A DNA stretch of 64,000 nucleotides, taken from assembly GCA_028534125.1 (NCBI GenBank), contig CM052816.1:8062001-8126000 (forward strand), given 5' to 3'. Made by a program: the position numbers and the translations under genes. The DNA is from Lama glama (lineage: Eukaryota). Within the stretch, counting starts at the first letter, position 1. Each line of letters starts with the position of its first letter. This document shows, in pieces, positions 51,801 through 64,000 of this stretch. The notes below the pieces were generated by a model. It did not search any database and had not been told where the DNA came from. It worked only from the letters and a program-made list of their open reading frames with translations.

Positions 51801-52223
51801 TGCAGGGGTTGGGTGGGCAGCATGGGTGAAAACCCCCTTCCCCTAGAGAGCAGCCCTGATCCTCAGGAGACACCCTGGCAGAGGGAACCTGGGGAGACCT
51901 TCCATCTCAACCCCTCAATGCACAGGAGGGACTGAGGCCCCAAACGGACAGGGCACTTGTCCCTGGCTCTTCTCTAGGCAGCCTAGGCCCAGGGGCGGCT
52001 CCAGGATTTCTACCTGGGAGAGCTGTAGGAGCAGGAATGGTGGGACGTACGGGGCTGGGAGAATGTCTCCAAGCTGCATGTTCATAGGCACTTGTGTGTT
52101 TGTTAGGAGTAGATGAGGGCAGGGGCTGGAAATGGGGCATGCATTCCCCGACTCCCACCTAGTCCTTGAGGCAGCCACCCCCCTGGACTCTCCTCTGACC
52201 TATCTCCTCCCATCCCCTAACAG

Positions 52224-52396
52224 CAAGTGCAGCCGCGGAGCCCTGTACACAGGCTTTTCTGTCCTGATGGCTCTTCTCCTGGCTGGGCAGGCCACCACTG
52301 CCTACTTCCTGTACCAGCAGCAGGGCCGGCTGGACAAGTTGACTGTCACCTCACAGAACCTGCAGCTGGAGAACCTGCGCATGAAGCTTCCCAAAC
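52224..52396 (+). CDS. CD74: CD74 exon 2 (transmembrane segment)
   Basis: [57 protein letters not shown]. Confidence 0.98.
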
Positions 52397-52607
52397 GTGC
52401 GTGTCCCCTGTCTGTCCTGACATCCCCCACCCTCACATCCCTTACCTCAGAGACCCCCATTCCTGCACCCACCTGGGCCCACTGTCCTCTCCTTCTGGTC
52501 TGGAATTCCAGGCCCTCATTTGGGTCTGAGATCTTGGTCCCCAGATCTGAATACCCTCTTCCCCAGGCACTGGGGCCACACTCATGCTGTATCTCCTGCC
52601 CCTATAG

Positions 52608-52681
52608 CTGCCAAGCCTTTGAGCCAGATGCGGATGGCCACCCCCATGCTGATGCAGGCTCTGCCCATGCAAGGCCCACAG
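52608..52681 (+). CDS. CD74: CD74 exon 3 (CLIP)
   Basis: (P)[24 protein letters not shown]; canonical AG/GT. Confidence 0.98.
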
Positions 52682-53217
52682 GTAAGGATAACCAAAGGGC
52701 GGTAGGGGGGAGGAGTTATCCAGCTTGGATGGCGGGCAGATACCAAGGAATAGGGGAGGACTGCCGGCCCAGGGAAAGCCCAGCTGGGGAGGGGGGTCTC
52801 TGACTGCTAGGGGAGGACTGGGCCTACCTTAGGAAGAGGAATTCCAGGGGCAGGGGAAGAGCCTCTTGGGGCCATCCCTGGGAGGGCCCAGCCCGCCACA
52901 ATTTACGAAGTGCTTCTTCTTTCCCAGAGCATCTCAGTCCCTCCTATTCTCAAAGCCCTTGATAAAATATATGGATAATGTTTCTGTCCACAAAGCCATG
53001 GGCAGGAAAGCTTATGCAGATTTGACCAATAGGACATTGAGGCAGGAAGGTAGTGACTTGCTCGAGCTCTCACACTTGGAAGTGTCAGAGATGGGCCTGT
53101 TGAACATCTGGAACTCGAGACTCTCACCCAGATCCCAGCTGCCAGCTCTGCTCCAGGACCCCTCTCTCCATGGGCCAGTGCTGGTAACCTAACACTCTCC
53201 ATTTTTTCCCTCCACAG

Positions 53218-53280
53218 CTCATGCAGAATGCCACCAAGTATGGCAACATGACACAGGACCACGTGATGCACCTGCTCCTG
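53218..53280 (+). CDS. CD74: CD74 exon 4
   Basis: [21 protein letters not shown] with two N-glycosylation sequons (NAT, NMT). Confidence 0.97.
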
Positions 53281-54007
53281 GTGAGTGAGGTGATGCACCC
53301 CCAAGCCCCAGGCCCCTGCTGAGGCTGCACTCCAAGGTCTACACCACGCCAGGCTCACAGCAGACATTTAATACGGGCTCACCAGATTAGCGAAGGAATG
53401 CCAAGTGTGGCCCTTAAACGTTACATGAAGTTCAGCCCCGCTACTACCCGCGTTTTTGAGTGTTTGTGGTGGAGAGACCAAGGTGCAAAGCTCATTTTTT
53501 CCTTCCAAAATTTTTACTGCCTATCTACCCTGTGCCAGACACCATGCAAGGCTCAGGGACTACAACAGGGAGCAGTCAGATCCAGCTCCCAATCCTGTGG
53601 AGATCCTAGGCTAGCACGGGAGACAGACAAGTGACCAAGTGATGAGGGATGTGCAGGGGCCTTTGTGAAGACAGGCCGAGGACCTGAGCTAGCTGGGGGT
53701 TGGAAGGAAGTCCTCCTGGAAGAGATGAGACCTGAAAGATCTCATCTACGTGCCTGAAGACTAGGGAGCTTAGGTGTTGACAACCAGGGGTTATTGGTAG
53801 AATTGGGCCTGGAACTGGTTCTCATGACTCCCAGCGCTGGGGTCTTGGAGCCGTGCAGCCAGATTACCTGTACCACTACCTGCCACCCTCACCAGCTCCA
53901 ATATGCTGAGGTGTAGGCTGCAAGCTTAGCACAGCTTGGGTCCACCTCTCGGAATGGAAGACCAGGAAATTCTTTTTAACCTCCCTTCTTGCCTTGCTAC
54001 CCTGCAG

Positions 54008-54103
54008 AAGGCTGACCCCCTGAAGGTGTACCCGCAGCTGAAGGGGAGCCTCCCAGAGAACCTGAAACACCTTAAGAGCACCATGGACGGCATGAACTGG
54101 AAG
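54008..54103 (+). CDS. CD74: CD74 exon 5 (trimerisation domain)
   Basis: [32 protein letters not shown]. Confidence 0.97.
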
Positions 54104-54381
54104 GTCAGCAGGCTTCCGTGTACTGGTCCCCTCTTTTTCCTGATGTCTAGAGCAGGCCTGGGAAGAGGCGGGGTGACCAGGGAAGCCATTCCGCAAGTTG
54201 GAGACAGCTTACCAGCACCTCGAAAGCCACAAACATGAAAGTGTGCTTGGAGTTTAGAAACCACCTCAACCAAGCCATGTGGGTCATTAAGCTGGCCCTC
54301 CATGCTTCTGTCCTCAGGGGCAAAGTCAGGTGGTGTTGGAAAGGGCAGTTGAGCCTGACCCTCTGCCTCTATCCCCATTAG

Positions 54382-54469
54382 CTCTTTGAGAACTGGATGC
54401 ATTATTGGCTCTTGTTTGAAATGAGCAAGAACTCACAGGAGGAGCAGCCCTTTGAAGTTCCAACAAAAG
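54382..54469 (+). CDS. CD74: CD74 exon 6
   Basis: LFENWMHYWLLFEMSKNSQEEQPFEVPTK. Confidence 0.97.
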
Positions 54470-55503
54470 GTACATGGAATGGGGGCTTTGGGGAGGCAGG
54501 GTTTCTGGGCGCTCCCTCAAGCTCCCCTGGAGCTGCAAAGGGTAGGGCTTTGAGCACTCCCCAATCCAAGCACAGGACTCTCCCAGCCTCCCTCTGCGCT
54601 TACTCGTCTCTCCTGCCTGTTTTTCTGGGCGTGGCTGCCCCCAGCCCCCATCCTCCATTCTGTCTGTACAGAGTCCTCCCTTCAGAAGGTAACCTCCCTT
54701 GTGGAGGATGGTACTGTGCAAGGGGACCTGAAGCAAAACCCACCCAAAACATCCCAAGAGTCATGGCAATGACCTTCCCCATCCAGCACTGCACCCCTGT
54801 GGGTTCCCGGGAGGGGGCTGGGCCCATGATTCCCACCTTTTAGAGGGCTCCTCTCTGAGGCCATACAGCCAGCAGGTACCAGACCAGAGAGCCTTGGGGT
54901 TCTTCCATATCATGGGCAACACCAGGACTTTCAGCCCTAAAGCCTTAAAGGGGCTGTGTTCTTATCCTGGTGCTAATTTGCTGTGCAACTTTGAGCAAGT
55001 CTCTTCTCTCTGGGCTGTTTCAGAAGTGGAAGATCAATGGCCCACTCCACTCTGGGCCTCAGTGTCTCCATCGTAAATTCAGAGAGGGCACCGTAGATGC
55101 TCTCTTGACCAACTCCCAGCTAATGTCTGAATCCCCTCTACAACACCTCCCTCACATGGTAACCCCCACTTCTACTTAGATATGCCCCCAGTAATGGAAG
55201 CTCAGACTTACCAAGGTGTCCACTGCTTTTCTCTAGAAATCAGAATCTTAGGTGCAATTCTGAACCCCAACAGGCATTGAATGTCAGAAGAAATCATGTT
55301 CTGGGATGAATTAACCACATAGCCTCTTTGATCCAGGACCTTACCGGTCCAGGCCCGTTTCCCCATCCGTGCAATGGGTAGAAGTACAGCCACTTGGGCA
55401 GGAGGCATTAGACTGACAGCAGTGGCATGTGGATCTCTGGTTCGGCTGAGACTCTGGCCCAGAGCCCACTGACTCACTATGTTCATCGTGCCTGTCGCTT
55501 CAG

Positions 55504-55695
55504 TACTGACCAAGTGCCAGGAAGAGGTCAGCCGCATCCCCGCCATCCACCCGGGCACGTTCAGGCCCAAGTGCGACGAGAATGGCAACTATATGCCGCT
55601 CCAGTGCTATGGGAGCATCGGCTACTGCTGGTGCGTCTTCCCCAACGGCACCGAGGTCCCCCACACCAGGAGCCGCGGGCACCATAACTGCAGTG
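55504..55695 (+). CDS. CD74: CD74 alternative exon 6b (p41, thyroglobulin type-1 domain, 192 nt, frame-preserving)
   Basis: [63 protein letters not shown], with six Cys and the CWCV motif. Confidence 0.98.
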
Positions 55696-56203
55696 GTAAG
55701 CAGTGGCCACTGCGCCAGGAGCAGGAAGGACCAGGAAGGCTGAGGGGCAGGAGGTCCCTCCTGGCACGCACGGGGCCAGGATACTCAAGGCGGCAGGCAA
55801 CTCCTGGGGAACAGCCACTCAGCCATGCATCCACCCACTTGTGCATTTCTCATCTGTTTGTGCATCTATTATTTTTCTCCTTATGTCCACACTTAACCTA
55901 CTTACTCATTGATCCTTCAGTCATTCCTTTTGTGACTTTTACCCATCCACGCATGCATCCAGGAGTCCTCCAGATCCAACCATCTGATTTCATCACCCCT
56001 TCCTTGGCCTGGCTTACTCGATTGCCCGGCCATACTTCATTGGCACTTGCTGTTATCCAACAAGCATCCTTCCATCCGCAATGGCTCTACCAGGTGCCAG
56101 GCCTGTGGCGAGGCTGGGAAGAATTAGCCCCTCCCAGGCCCCTCACCAATGGGTGCTGTGGGCTGGACTCTAGCTAACAAGTAGCCTTTCTGCTCCTTTG
56201 CAG

Positions 56204-56266
56204 ACCCACTGGAAATGGAGGATCTGTCGTCTGGGCTGGGCGTGACCAAGCCAGATCTGGGCCAAG
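56204..56266 (+). CDS. CD74: CD74 exon 7
   Basis: PLEMEDLSSGLGVTKPDLGQ, containing the SG chondroitin-sulfate attachment site. Confidence 0.97.
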
Positions 56267-56539
56267 GTAAGGGCCCCTGTAGGGAATCCGGTCCCCAGCA
56301 GGTTATCCCCAGAGGGACCACCTCTCTCATGGTGGATGACTCCAGGCCATTCTCCAACGTCCATTTTGCAGATGAGGCCCAGGGTTGGGGGTTTTAGGGG
56401 CTATGGTGGTCAATACTTGTACCAAAGCAGGGGGCAGTGGAGGGTGAAGAGTCCTCGACTGCTCTGCGGCTGCAGGATGCGGGAAGGGACAGGGACCTCA
56501 GGTGACTCCGACCCTAACCTGCTGCTTCTTTCTCTGTAG

Positions 56540-56550
56540 TCATCCTGTGA
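56540..56550 (+). CDS. CD74: CD74 exon 8, coding part (VIL*; p31 = 214 aa, p41 = 278 aa); 3' UTR to about 57180
   Basis: Acceptor ttctttctctgtag|, then tc atc ctg TGA. The summed CDS lengths, 645 and 837 nt, are multiples of 3. Confidence 0.93.
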
Positions 56551-57155
56551 GAACAGCAGACGCAGACGCCAGCACCCAGCCAGCCCTGCATGGCCACGGC
56601 TTCCCTGCTCCCCTGCTCCACAACCCTAGCCGCTCTCTCCTTCCCTTACCCACCCCTCCCCACACTGTCTCCCACTCTGCGCCTCATTCCAGGGGACTCT
56701 GGCACCTGGTTCTCCATCATCCTTGGACACAACAAATCATATCAGAACAGCCTAGACTAATGATGTGGCAGGGCCCTGCTGCCCAAAGCCCCCCACACTA
56801 GCAGGGACAGAAGGCCTAGGGAGGTGGAGCATGAACTAGGCTGACACCCATTTCTGACATCACAGTAGCCTCTAACATGAAGCTCCAGGATCCAGGCCCG
56901 TGGACGAGGTGGGCAGGTGCAGGGAGAAGAGACAACAGTATCCCAAGCCCCAGAACGGACACTCCTGCCATCCTCCCCGCCCCGGCCTCGGCTTTCCAGC
57001 CTGTTTAAGAGGAGGATGAGCCACCCTTCCCCTCTCCCCACCACCCCCCAGGAAGAACCACCTCCCCACCCACAGCCCCTCCTCACTTTCTGCCAACCCC
57101 TAGTTCCTGCTGCGCAGCCAAGCTTGTCATCAGCCCTCAGGGCCACAGCTGTGAA

Positions 57156-57161
57156 AATAAA
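57156..57161 (+). terminator. CD74: CD74 polyadenylation signal
   Basis: AATAAA about 600 nt after the stop, followed by GT-rich sequence. Confidence 0.85.
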
Positions 57162-58489
57162 GGTAGTAAGTAGAACGCTTGCAGCTCTCGGCTGTTCTGT
57201 TAGGTCTGGTTCGGTTACCCCAAGGGGGTTAATTGGAGACCGTGAACCCTGTGGTCTAGGTGGGAGGATGCAGTCCAGGGAGCCCAAACACATGCCCGTG
57301 GGACCAGGCCAGGCTGGGGTGCTGCAGTCATTGGACACAGACACACTTGGCTTCCACGTGTAACACACAGGAACATCCTTTACTTCCAAAAAGAAACAGG
57401 CTCCTGCCCATAGCTCTTTAAGCACAAGCCTCTGTGGGTCCAACTTCCATTTTCTCACGTCCCCATTTTCATTTCTATACTAAGAATGGTACAAGTGTGA
57501 TGACAGATGGCGACAACACGGGGCCCCCATGTCGGGACCACCAGGGAGTGGGGGCTGTGGAACTGGGGGCCTCTGTCCTACTTAAGGGGTGGCTGCAGAG
57601 CCCCAGCCGGTTGTTGCCAGGAGGAGCAGAGGCCCCTGTTGTCAGACTTCTGGACTTTTCAAGAGGAGCTCCAAATCAGGAAGTTCGGTGAAACCCCTCC
57701 ATCTCTAAGTTTAAAGACACTGCTCTGCTGCCTCTGCTCTAGACCAACACATTTATGGGGAGAGAGGCTACCCGAGATGGGCTTTGCCCAAGGGCCCCAA
57801 GGATGCAGCCAGATGCCACCCTGGCTCTCCAGACATCCACAGCCCAGTGCTGTTTCTGCATAACCTCCCACTATCTCTAGGGGGAGGCTAAAAGTCTCGG
57901 AGAGATGTCTCCACGACCTCAGGCGCTCCGCACTGCTCTGGGCCCAGAGAAGTGGGCCTCCGCACCGCCCACCGTCACTATGCCCTGTGGACAACACCCT
58001 GCCACATCTTTTGAGTTCCTCCACTTGCCTTCATCGCTGCAGAACCTTTGTTGCCTACACATGAGGACAACTCATTTCTAACTGACCTTTCTGCTCCTAC
58101 TGTGCCTGCCAGCTATTCTTCACTAGTTACCTCGAGAGAGCCTGCCCGCTAGCAGCTCATCCTAACTTCAAAAGGTGACTTGGAAGGCCCTCCTTCTCTC
58201 TCTTGCTTCTGGGTACCTGCCTGTCCTACCCCAGCATCTGGAAACCAACCACGACCATGCCTGAGCTCCCCCTTAGCTTAGATACCACCTCCTTCAGGCA
58301 GCCTCCTCCACCCCAATGCACACCAGGGCACTTCTAGTCTCCTCTGGCAACCTGCGTCTCACTCACCACAGTATCCCAGAGCCCTGATACGCAGTCAAGA
58401 ATAAATCCTGAGCGATGGTCTGTTCACTTCCAAGTGTCAGACTCTCCCAAGAATAAATGCAAAACATTTGCCCTGGATGCACTGGGAAC

Positions 58490-59002
58490 TTGCACCTTTC
58501 CTTCAAGTCTTTTATTTTTTGAGTTCTTACCAAAAAACCCACAAACAAAATGAGGAAAAGACTAACAAAAGGAGGACAAAGCCTCAGCATGAGCTGGAGA
58601 CCAGGGGTGTGGGAGGAATTGCAGGCTGAACCTCGCCGGGTCTGCAGGGCAGAGGTGGGAAGTCCCGAGGCCCCTGGGCATGTTGGGTCTGAGAAGGGAG
58701 GGGCAGGTCACTTAAAAAAATATATATATACTGTACATGTCCATACGTAGCATCCTGTGTCGGAACAGAAATCAGCCTGGGGTCACTGAGTGGAGGTCAC
58801 GGGAGCTCTGCACAGCTCACTGGCTTGGCCAGCATGGACACCACAGCAGGCCATCTTCTGGGGAGGGAGGGGAAGTTAAAAAAATTCAATTCCAACCCAC
58901 GGTGGGCAAAGGGCAGAGGCATGGAACTGATCACTACTTGGCTAAGAAATCTGGGCAAAGGAAACATGCTCAAATGTAAGATTTCCCGACTGTTTTCTCC
59001 AT
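58490..59002 (-). other. TCOF1: TCOF1 last, non-coding exon (3' UTR); poly(A) signal at 58511-58516; 3' end approximate
   Basis: Minus-strand acceptor tttattttgttctcctag| (AG at 59003-59004); minus-strand AATAAA (plus tttatt). Confidence 0.7.
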
Positions 59003-59694
59003 CTAGGAGAACAAAATAAAATCAAAATCTGGCATCTCCGATGCAGGGAAGGCACATTAACTAACCACAGTGGATCCTTGTTAGTGCTGACCATGTCCCA
59101 GGCAATGGGCTGAGTGCTTTAGATAGAATTTAACTTCAGTGAATCCTCACCACCAGCCCAGACCTGTATTACCCGCATTTATAGGCGGCTGGGTGGCTGC
59201 GGGGGCCTGCTCAGCCTGGCAGAGCACTCAACCCCTTTACCATCACCTGGGAGGCACAGAGCCATTAGAATGGCTTGTTTTGAGCAAACCATCTTTCTTC
59301 CCATGAAGAAATGCCCTCGAATAACAAAATCATAAGGAAAAGGAACTGACAGAGGTGAGGGAGTGACTGAGCCGTCCCTGCCCTCAAGCTTTATCCGCAC
59401 GCACAAGAGGCACCACCTCAGTGCCCACCTCCCATGGTATGCTCAGGGTCAGTCATTGCTAGGACTGTTCTGGATCCTTCTGGGTCTGCAGCTCTGGTTC
59501 CTGGCATGACCCACTGACCTTGAGGAATGGAACCTCTTTCTCCACACCCCCTTCCCTTCAGGGCCCACCCACGAAGCCCTGTCTAGCTCCCTGGGACCAC
59601 GGCAAAAGCTGCAGTTGCCCTCCTGCCCTCCCCGGGTAGTGAATGATCAGCAGGGATTCCAGACTCAGGAAGCGTACCTGCCGCCTGGTGTCCT

Positions 59695-59721
59695 TCAGAC
59701 CGTCTGCTCTGCCGTCTTCTT
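59695..59721 (-). CDS. TCOF1: TCOF1 last coding exon (KKTAEQTV*); the exon extends to the donor at 59678
   Basis: ctcacag|aag aag acg gca gag cag acg gtc TGA...cag|gtacgc; matches the treacle C-terminus. Confidence 0.92.
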   Translation of the reverse strand, partial: KKTAEQTV

Positions 59722-60464
59722 CTGTGAGGAGAGAGGCGTGATGGGCTCTCGTACCTGAAGCATCTCCCCACCCTCACCGCCCCCACAAGCAGGGGACCTG
59801 ATAGTTCCTCCTGAGGATTCGTGGCTCCCCTAGAACAGATACCGGGGATACAGGGACCCCCCAGGGCAGGGATGGTGCCCCATCTACCCTGGAGGAAGGA
59901 GCGCAGAACTCTCAGCAGCAGCTTTTATGACCAGAGCAGGGGCCCTGCTGGCCACAGTGAGAACTGCATTCGTATGGAAGGTGCTGAGGGCGCCCTCTTC
60001 AGGTGATCAGGCCTTGACATGCAAGAAGCAGATGGGTGTTTCTGCGGTGGGGATACCCTGCCAACTGGGGCACACACACCCCAGGGGATGTTTCCTCTCA
60101 CCTGGAAACCTGCAACGGCCTACCTGGCCTCCCTGCCCCCTGGAGGGGCTCCCCTTTCTTCACCCACCATAAGAATATCCTTCTACTTCACAGACGAGAC
60201 GGGGCCACTTCCATGGCTCATGGCTCCTACACACACACAGACTTCGTGCCTCCTCAGGGTGGCCTCACCACCCTCAGCTCTTCCCCAGTGTCTCACAACA
60301 CACAAGCCCCTAACTGGACCCCGAGAATGGAAAGGGCAGAGGGACCAAATCTGGCTCGCCCATCCCCTACCCTGCAGTGCACAGGCTGGGGCTGATCACA
60401 CGCACCCTGGGGACTGGGTTTGGGTCCCTTTTCTGGCCGGAGACCCCTCAGGAATTCACTCTAC

Positions 60465-60562
60465 CTTTTTCTTCTTTTTCTTCTGGAATGGTGAGGCAGG
60501 GTCTTTGGTTGAGGCCTTTTTAGCTTTCTTCTTCTTATCCTTTTTTTCCTTGTCTTTTTTTC
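60465..60562 (-). CDS. TCOF1: TCOF1 lysine-rich exon (nucleolar localisation region)
   Basis: (R)KKDKEKKDKKKKAKKASTKDPASPFQKKKKKK; canonical AG/GT; phase matches both neighbours. Confidence 0.95.
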
Positions 60563-61169
60563 CTAAGGGAAGAAAGGAAACTTGCTAAACAACAGATGTT
60601 AATCTTAAGTGCTGGGGTCAACGTGGAGAGACAGACAGGGCAGGTCTCCGGGGGCCCTGTCCATGGATTGACCACCTGGACTACAACCGTTTTTCTTTAA
60701 CTCACTTTTTAAAACTTCCACACATTTATTTTAAAAAGACACTTTCTACCTGTAAAATGGGAATGAAATGTCACCTACTGTAGATGGCTGGTGTGAGAGT
60801 TAGACAAGGCCCTGTCGCACAGCGAGGTGAGGGAGGGGCGGCTGTTGGCGAGGAGCCGGGACCCCGGGGAGCCTGAGCTGCAGGTGTGCGTGGCTGTGGC
60901 GGCTGTGAGTGTGCAGGGGCGGGGGCGGGGGCGGGGGCGGGGCGGGGGGGAGCTCCAAGAGCGGAACACGCCCTGGAGCATGATCACCTCCCTGGCCGTA
61001 GTGGCCCTGGAGGTCCAGGGCTGGGTTCTGGCTTTGCCAGTCCTGCCCCCATGACCCTGACGACCACACGCAGCACCCCCTGCGCTGGCTGAGGGCCGCC
61101 CGCCCGCCTGCCCGCGTGGTGACCGCAGCCCCCCCACAGCCGGGGCAGTGTGCTCGGCTGGCCACTTAC

Positions 61170-61709
61170 TCTTGTCGGATTTCTTCTTCTCCTTCTTGCT
61201 CTTCGGGTTGCCTTCGTCTCCACCCTCACCCTTCGCCGTCCCTGGCCCCCCTTTCGGCTTCTCCTTGGCCCCTTGGGAGCCGGGAGACTCCTTCTCTTTC
61301 TTCTCCTTGATGTTACCACTCACTCCGTCCCTCTTGGATTTCCCCTTGGGAGTCCTGGGGGCCTTTTCTGGGGAGGGAGCACACTCCCTGCCTTCCCCGG
61401 CCGCCAGCAGCTTCTTCTTCTTGCTCTTGGAGGCCTTGGCGGTCGTCTGGTCTTCTGACAGCTTCCGCTTGTGGCCCAGCCGGCCCTTCTGGCCGCCCTC
61501 CTTGGCAGCATCCACAGCCTTCTTCCTCTCCTGCTCCAGCAGCTCCGTCAGGACCTTCACCACCGAGGCCTGCACCTGCGTGTCGCTCAGGGGCCAGGGC
61601 TCGCTCAGGAGGCGCCGGGTGATGTCGCTCTGCAGAGCCAGAGTGGAGGCCTGAGGGCTCCCAGGTCCCTTCTGGGGCTTCTGAGGTGTGGTGCTAGCCT
61701 CTCTTCTGC
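61170..61709 (-). CDS. TCOF1: TCOF1 (treacle) exon
   Basis: [10 protein letters not shown]...[45 protein letters not shown]...KKEKKKSDK; 540 nt, canonical splice sites. Confidence 0.96.
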
Positions 61710-63576
61710 CTACAGAGAGAGGACCTGGGGTCACAGATCTGGGAGAATCAGGTCACACACCTCTCGTGGTGTGAAAGCCAAGGGGGTCCAGCACAGAACT
61801 GACCTCCTTGGACACGGTACAGACGGGGAAAGGGGGGCCCCACTGGGTCGCGCCCACACCTCTTCACCAGCTTTTAACTGAGAGCTCTTTTCTTGCTCCT
61901 CATACCAAAAACTCAAATTTGGGTTGGGGATGGAAAATAACTCCAGAATGTTAATGAAAGGGCCTGAAATCTATCAATGAAATCTAAGGTCAGACAGGAG
62001 GAAGGTGGGTTTTAGGTCTGACAACCAAACTCCATTTCCCTGTTTGTAAAAGGAGGGATGAACAGTGATCTCCCCTTATTCTAAACCATAGGTTCATAAT
62101 AAAGGTGAAGGTCATGCAGCCATTTAACTTGTGCCCGTCTGCACACAGTGAGCCTACAGCCGTTCATGGTCAGGGGTCCATGCGGCTTGGCCTGGGGGTG
62201 CTGGGTGCGGCATATTCGCACATGGTGGCTGACTAAGCAGGTTCACTGCCTGCCAGAGTGACTTCTGGTACAGCCTTTGTTTAGAATTTTCCACGCCTCT
62301 GCTCTCCTTTGATAATTGTGTGCTGACTACACGTGTGAAAAAACCCTTCCACAGCCCCCTCTAAAATGTCTCCCTGTCGCACCCGCCTCTCACAAAGGGA
62401 AGAAAGTGAGCAATGACTCCTCTGCCGACCCGGCACCAGGTAGGCTGAGGCTGAGAGCTCATGGGCTGGAGGGTGCAGGACATCCACATATGTCCCGATG
62501 CCGCCCCTGACTTCCAGATGACTGGCAGATCTCCTCTCCATCTGGGGCCTCAAGGGCACAAAAGCGACTACACACTGGGCTCTGGGAGGTGCTGGGTGGC
62601 TTGGTCCTGTTCAACATCAGGAGCCAGGGCTGGCCCTGCGGTGGGCCTGCAGCAGTGCATGCCCCAGAGCTCTGGTGGGCCAGGGGAGGTAGGCAGAGGG
62701 GGTCCCAGGACAGATGGAGGCCCAATTCAGTCCTGTGGGGCTTCTGGCAAGGACAGGAGTAGAGAAGGCTACACAAGGCTTGGCAAGGATGGTAGAGAAA
62801 AAGGCTGAGGAGGACACTGTACCTGGGAAAACTCTTTCCCTGCAGCCCACTTCTCTGCTTCCTGTCTACAAACACCCTAGAATACCAAGGCTGGGGAACC
62901 CCTAGAGCTGTCCCAGGTGTGCCCTGTGAGACACCTGTCCTTTAACGCTGGCAGAGTCAGAGGTGACTGATGCCCCAGGCTGGGTGACCTGAGCACTCCA
63001 GACTGCCCCCAAAATACCACGTGGCTATTTTGTTTCCATGTACAGATGATAACCACACATAGAAAACTGCCTGGATGCACCACCCCCCGCCCCCGCCCCA
63101 TACGGTTAAGACACCGAGGCCCAGAGCGGCCAGGGGTTTCTTTGAGGCTTCGGAGCCAGTCAGTCCCTCGCCCAGGGTCTTCCTCATGTGCTGGAGACTT
63201 CTCCAAATGTGGCCCCGCCCTCCATCTGAGCTATCCTGAAGTCCCTACACCCCTCATCATGAGCCCATTTGTTAGGAAGAAAAGTCAACAGGGACAGCTA
63301 CAGAGAGCCAAGGTCTAAGCTTTAAGTCAAGGTGCATGTCATCTAAGGCAGGGGTCCATCACCCTGCCAGGTGCACCAGCATTCCACAGGAGCCAGACAC
63401 CTGGGGTGGGCCCCCCGCAGTTTCATGAGCACCTCCAGGCCTGACATAGGGGTACCAGGCCTCACTCGGGGAGGCCCTGCTGGCAGACAGGATCCTGCTG
63501 GTGGGACTGCTCCTGAGGGAGGGACTGCCTTGTCACTCCATGTCTGGATGTGTCCTCGCTGCAGCCCTTGACTCAC

Positions 63577-63753
63577 CTGTTTTAGGGGACATGGTGCCTG
63601 CTGCTTGGGGCTGCTCCACTTCCTGCTTGCCGTCCAAGGCATCTTTGGTGATCGAAGTAGAAGAAATGGAGGGGTTGGGATCTGGTTTGGAAGTGGCCTT
63701 TGAAGCCTTTGAAGCCTGGGAACTGGCTGGAGTCAGCCTGGGGGTCACATAAC
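63577..63753 (-). CDS. TCOF1: TCOF1 exon (gene continues beyond the window end)
   Basis: (G)[32 protein letters not shown]...[19 protein letters not shown]; ctctcag| acceptor, |gtgagt donor; 177 nt. Confidence 0.93.
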
Positions 63754-64000
63754 CTGAGAGGAGAGACTGAAGAAGCCCAGTGTGAAAGAGGCGGGGGCCC
63801 TGCCCCACCCAGCCCAGTGCATGGCCCGCTGAGGATAGCAGCCCAGGGACCCCTGAGATGGCCGGTCCCGCGGGTGATGGGCACATAAAGCTTCCATGTG
63901 TACCTCCTGCACTATTTTAATTAATACATATTTTAAACAGGCACATTTAAAAGGAAATTTCTTAGTACTAATGTGAATGAAAAAGCAGTAGCACTTGCCA

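Noticed and set aside
52397..52803. ORF continuing from CD74 exon 2 through intron 2
   Set aside because: The weak donor (C|GTGCGT) is still the correct boundary by phase and homology; the downstream translation resembles nothing and loses CLIP.
60775..61169. Extension of the 319-aa TCOF1 ORF beyond the exon
   Set aside because: A canonical donor (A|GTAAGT) at 61169 and an in-phase downstream exon show the extension is GC-rich intron.
62430..62560. Possible extra TCOF1 cassette exon (APDGEEICQSSGSQGRH...)
   Set aside because: Poor acceptor (GAG), in-frame stop, and no resemblance to treacle repeats; the flanking exons already join in phase.

Overview
Mammalian genomic DNA, not microbial: no operons, CRISPR arrays, rRNA or true tRNA genes are present. 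It is most likely from a camelid, because three tRNA-derived SINEs resemble the camelid Vic-1 type. The gene order matches human 5q33 in reverse. (1) A CpG-island promoter and non-coding first exon(s) on the minus strand at about 2.3-3.5 kb, assigned to NDST1 by synteny only. (2) A complete RPS14 gene (+, 5'TOP exon 1 at about 31143, 151 aa). (3) A complete CD74/invariant chain gene (+, 214 aa p31 and 278 aa p41 isoforms) with its X-Y/NF-kB/EICE promoter and two intronic X-Y modules. (4) The 3' end of TCOF1 (-). The rest is mostly L1, L2, MIR, DNA-transposon and SINE remnants. The most unexpected element is a ~3 kb processed copy of PHETA1 (FAM109A/Ses1) at 26409-29433. It has a poly(A) remnant and a 16-bp target-site duplication, and it interrupts an old L1. 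Its disabled coding region is still a CpG island, and its changes relative to the parent protein look strongly A/T-to-G/C biased, the opposite of normal pseudogene decay. I found no convincing new multi-gene system. Gene, repeat and motif identities rest on recalled sequences, not database searches.
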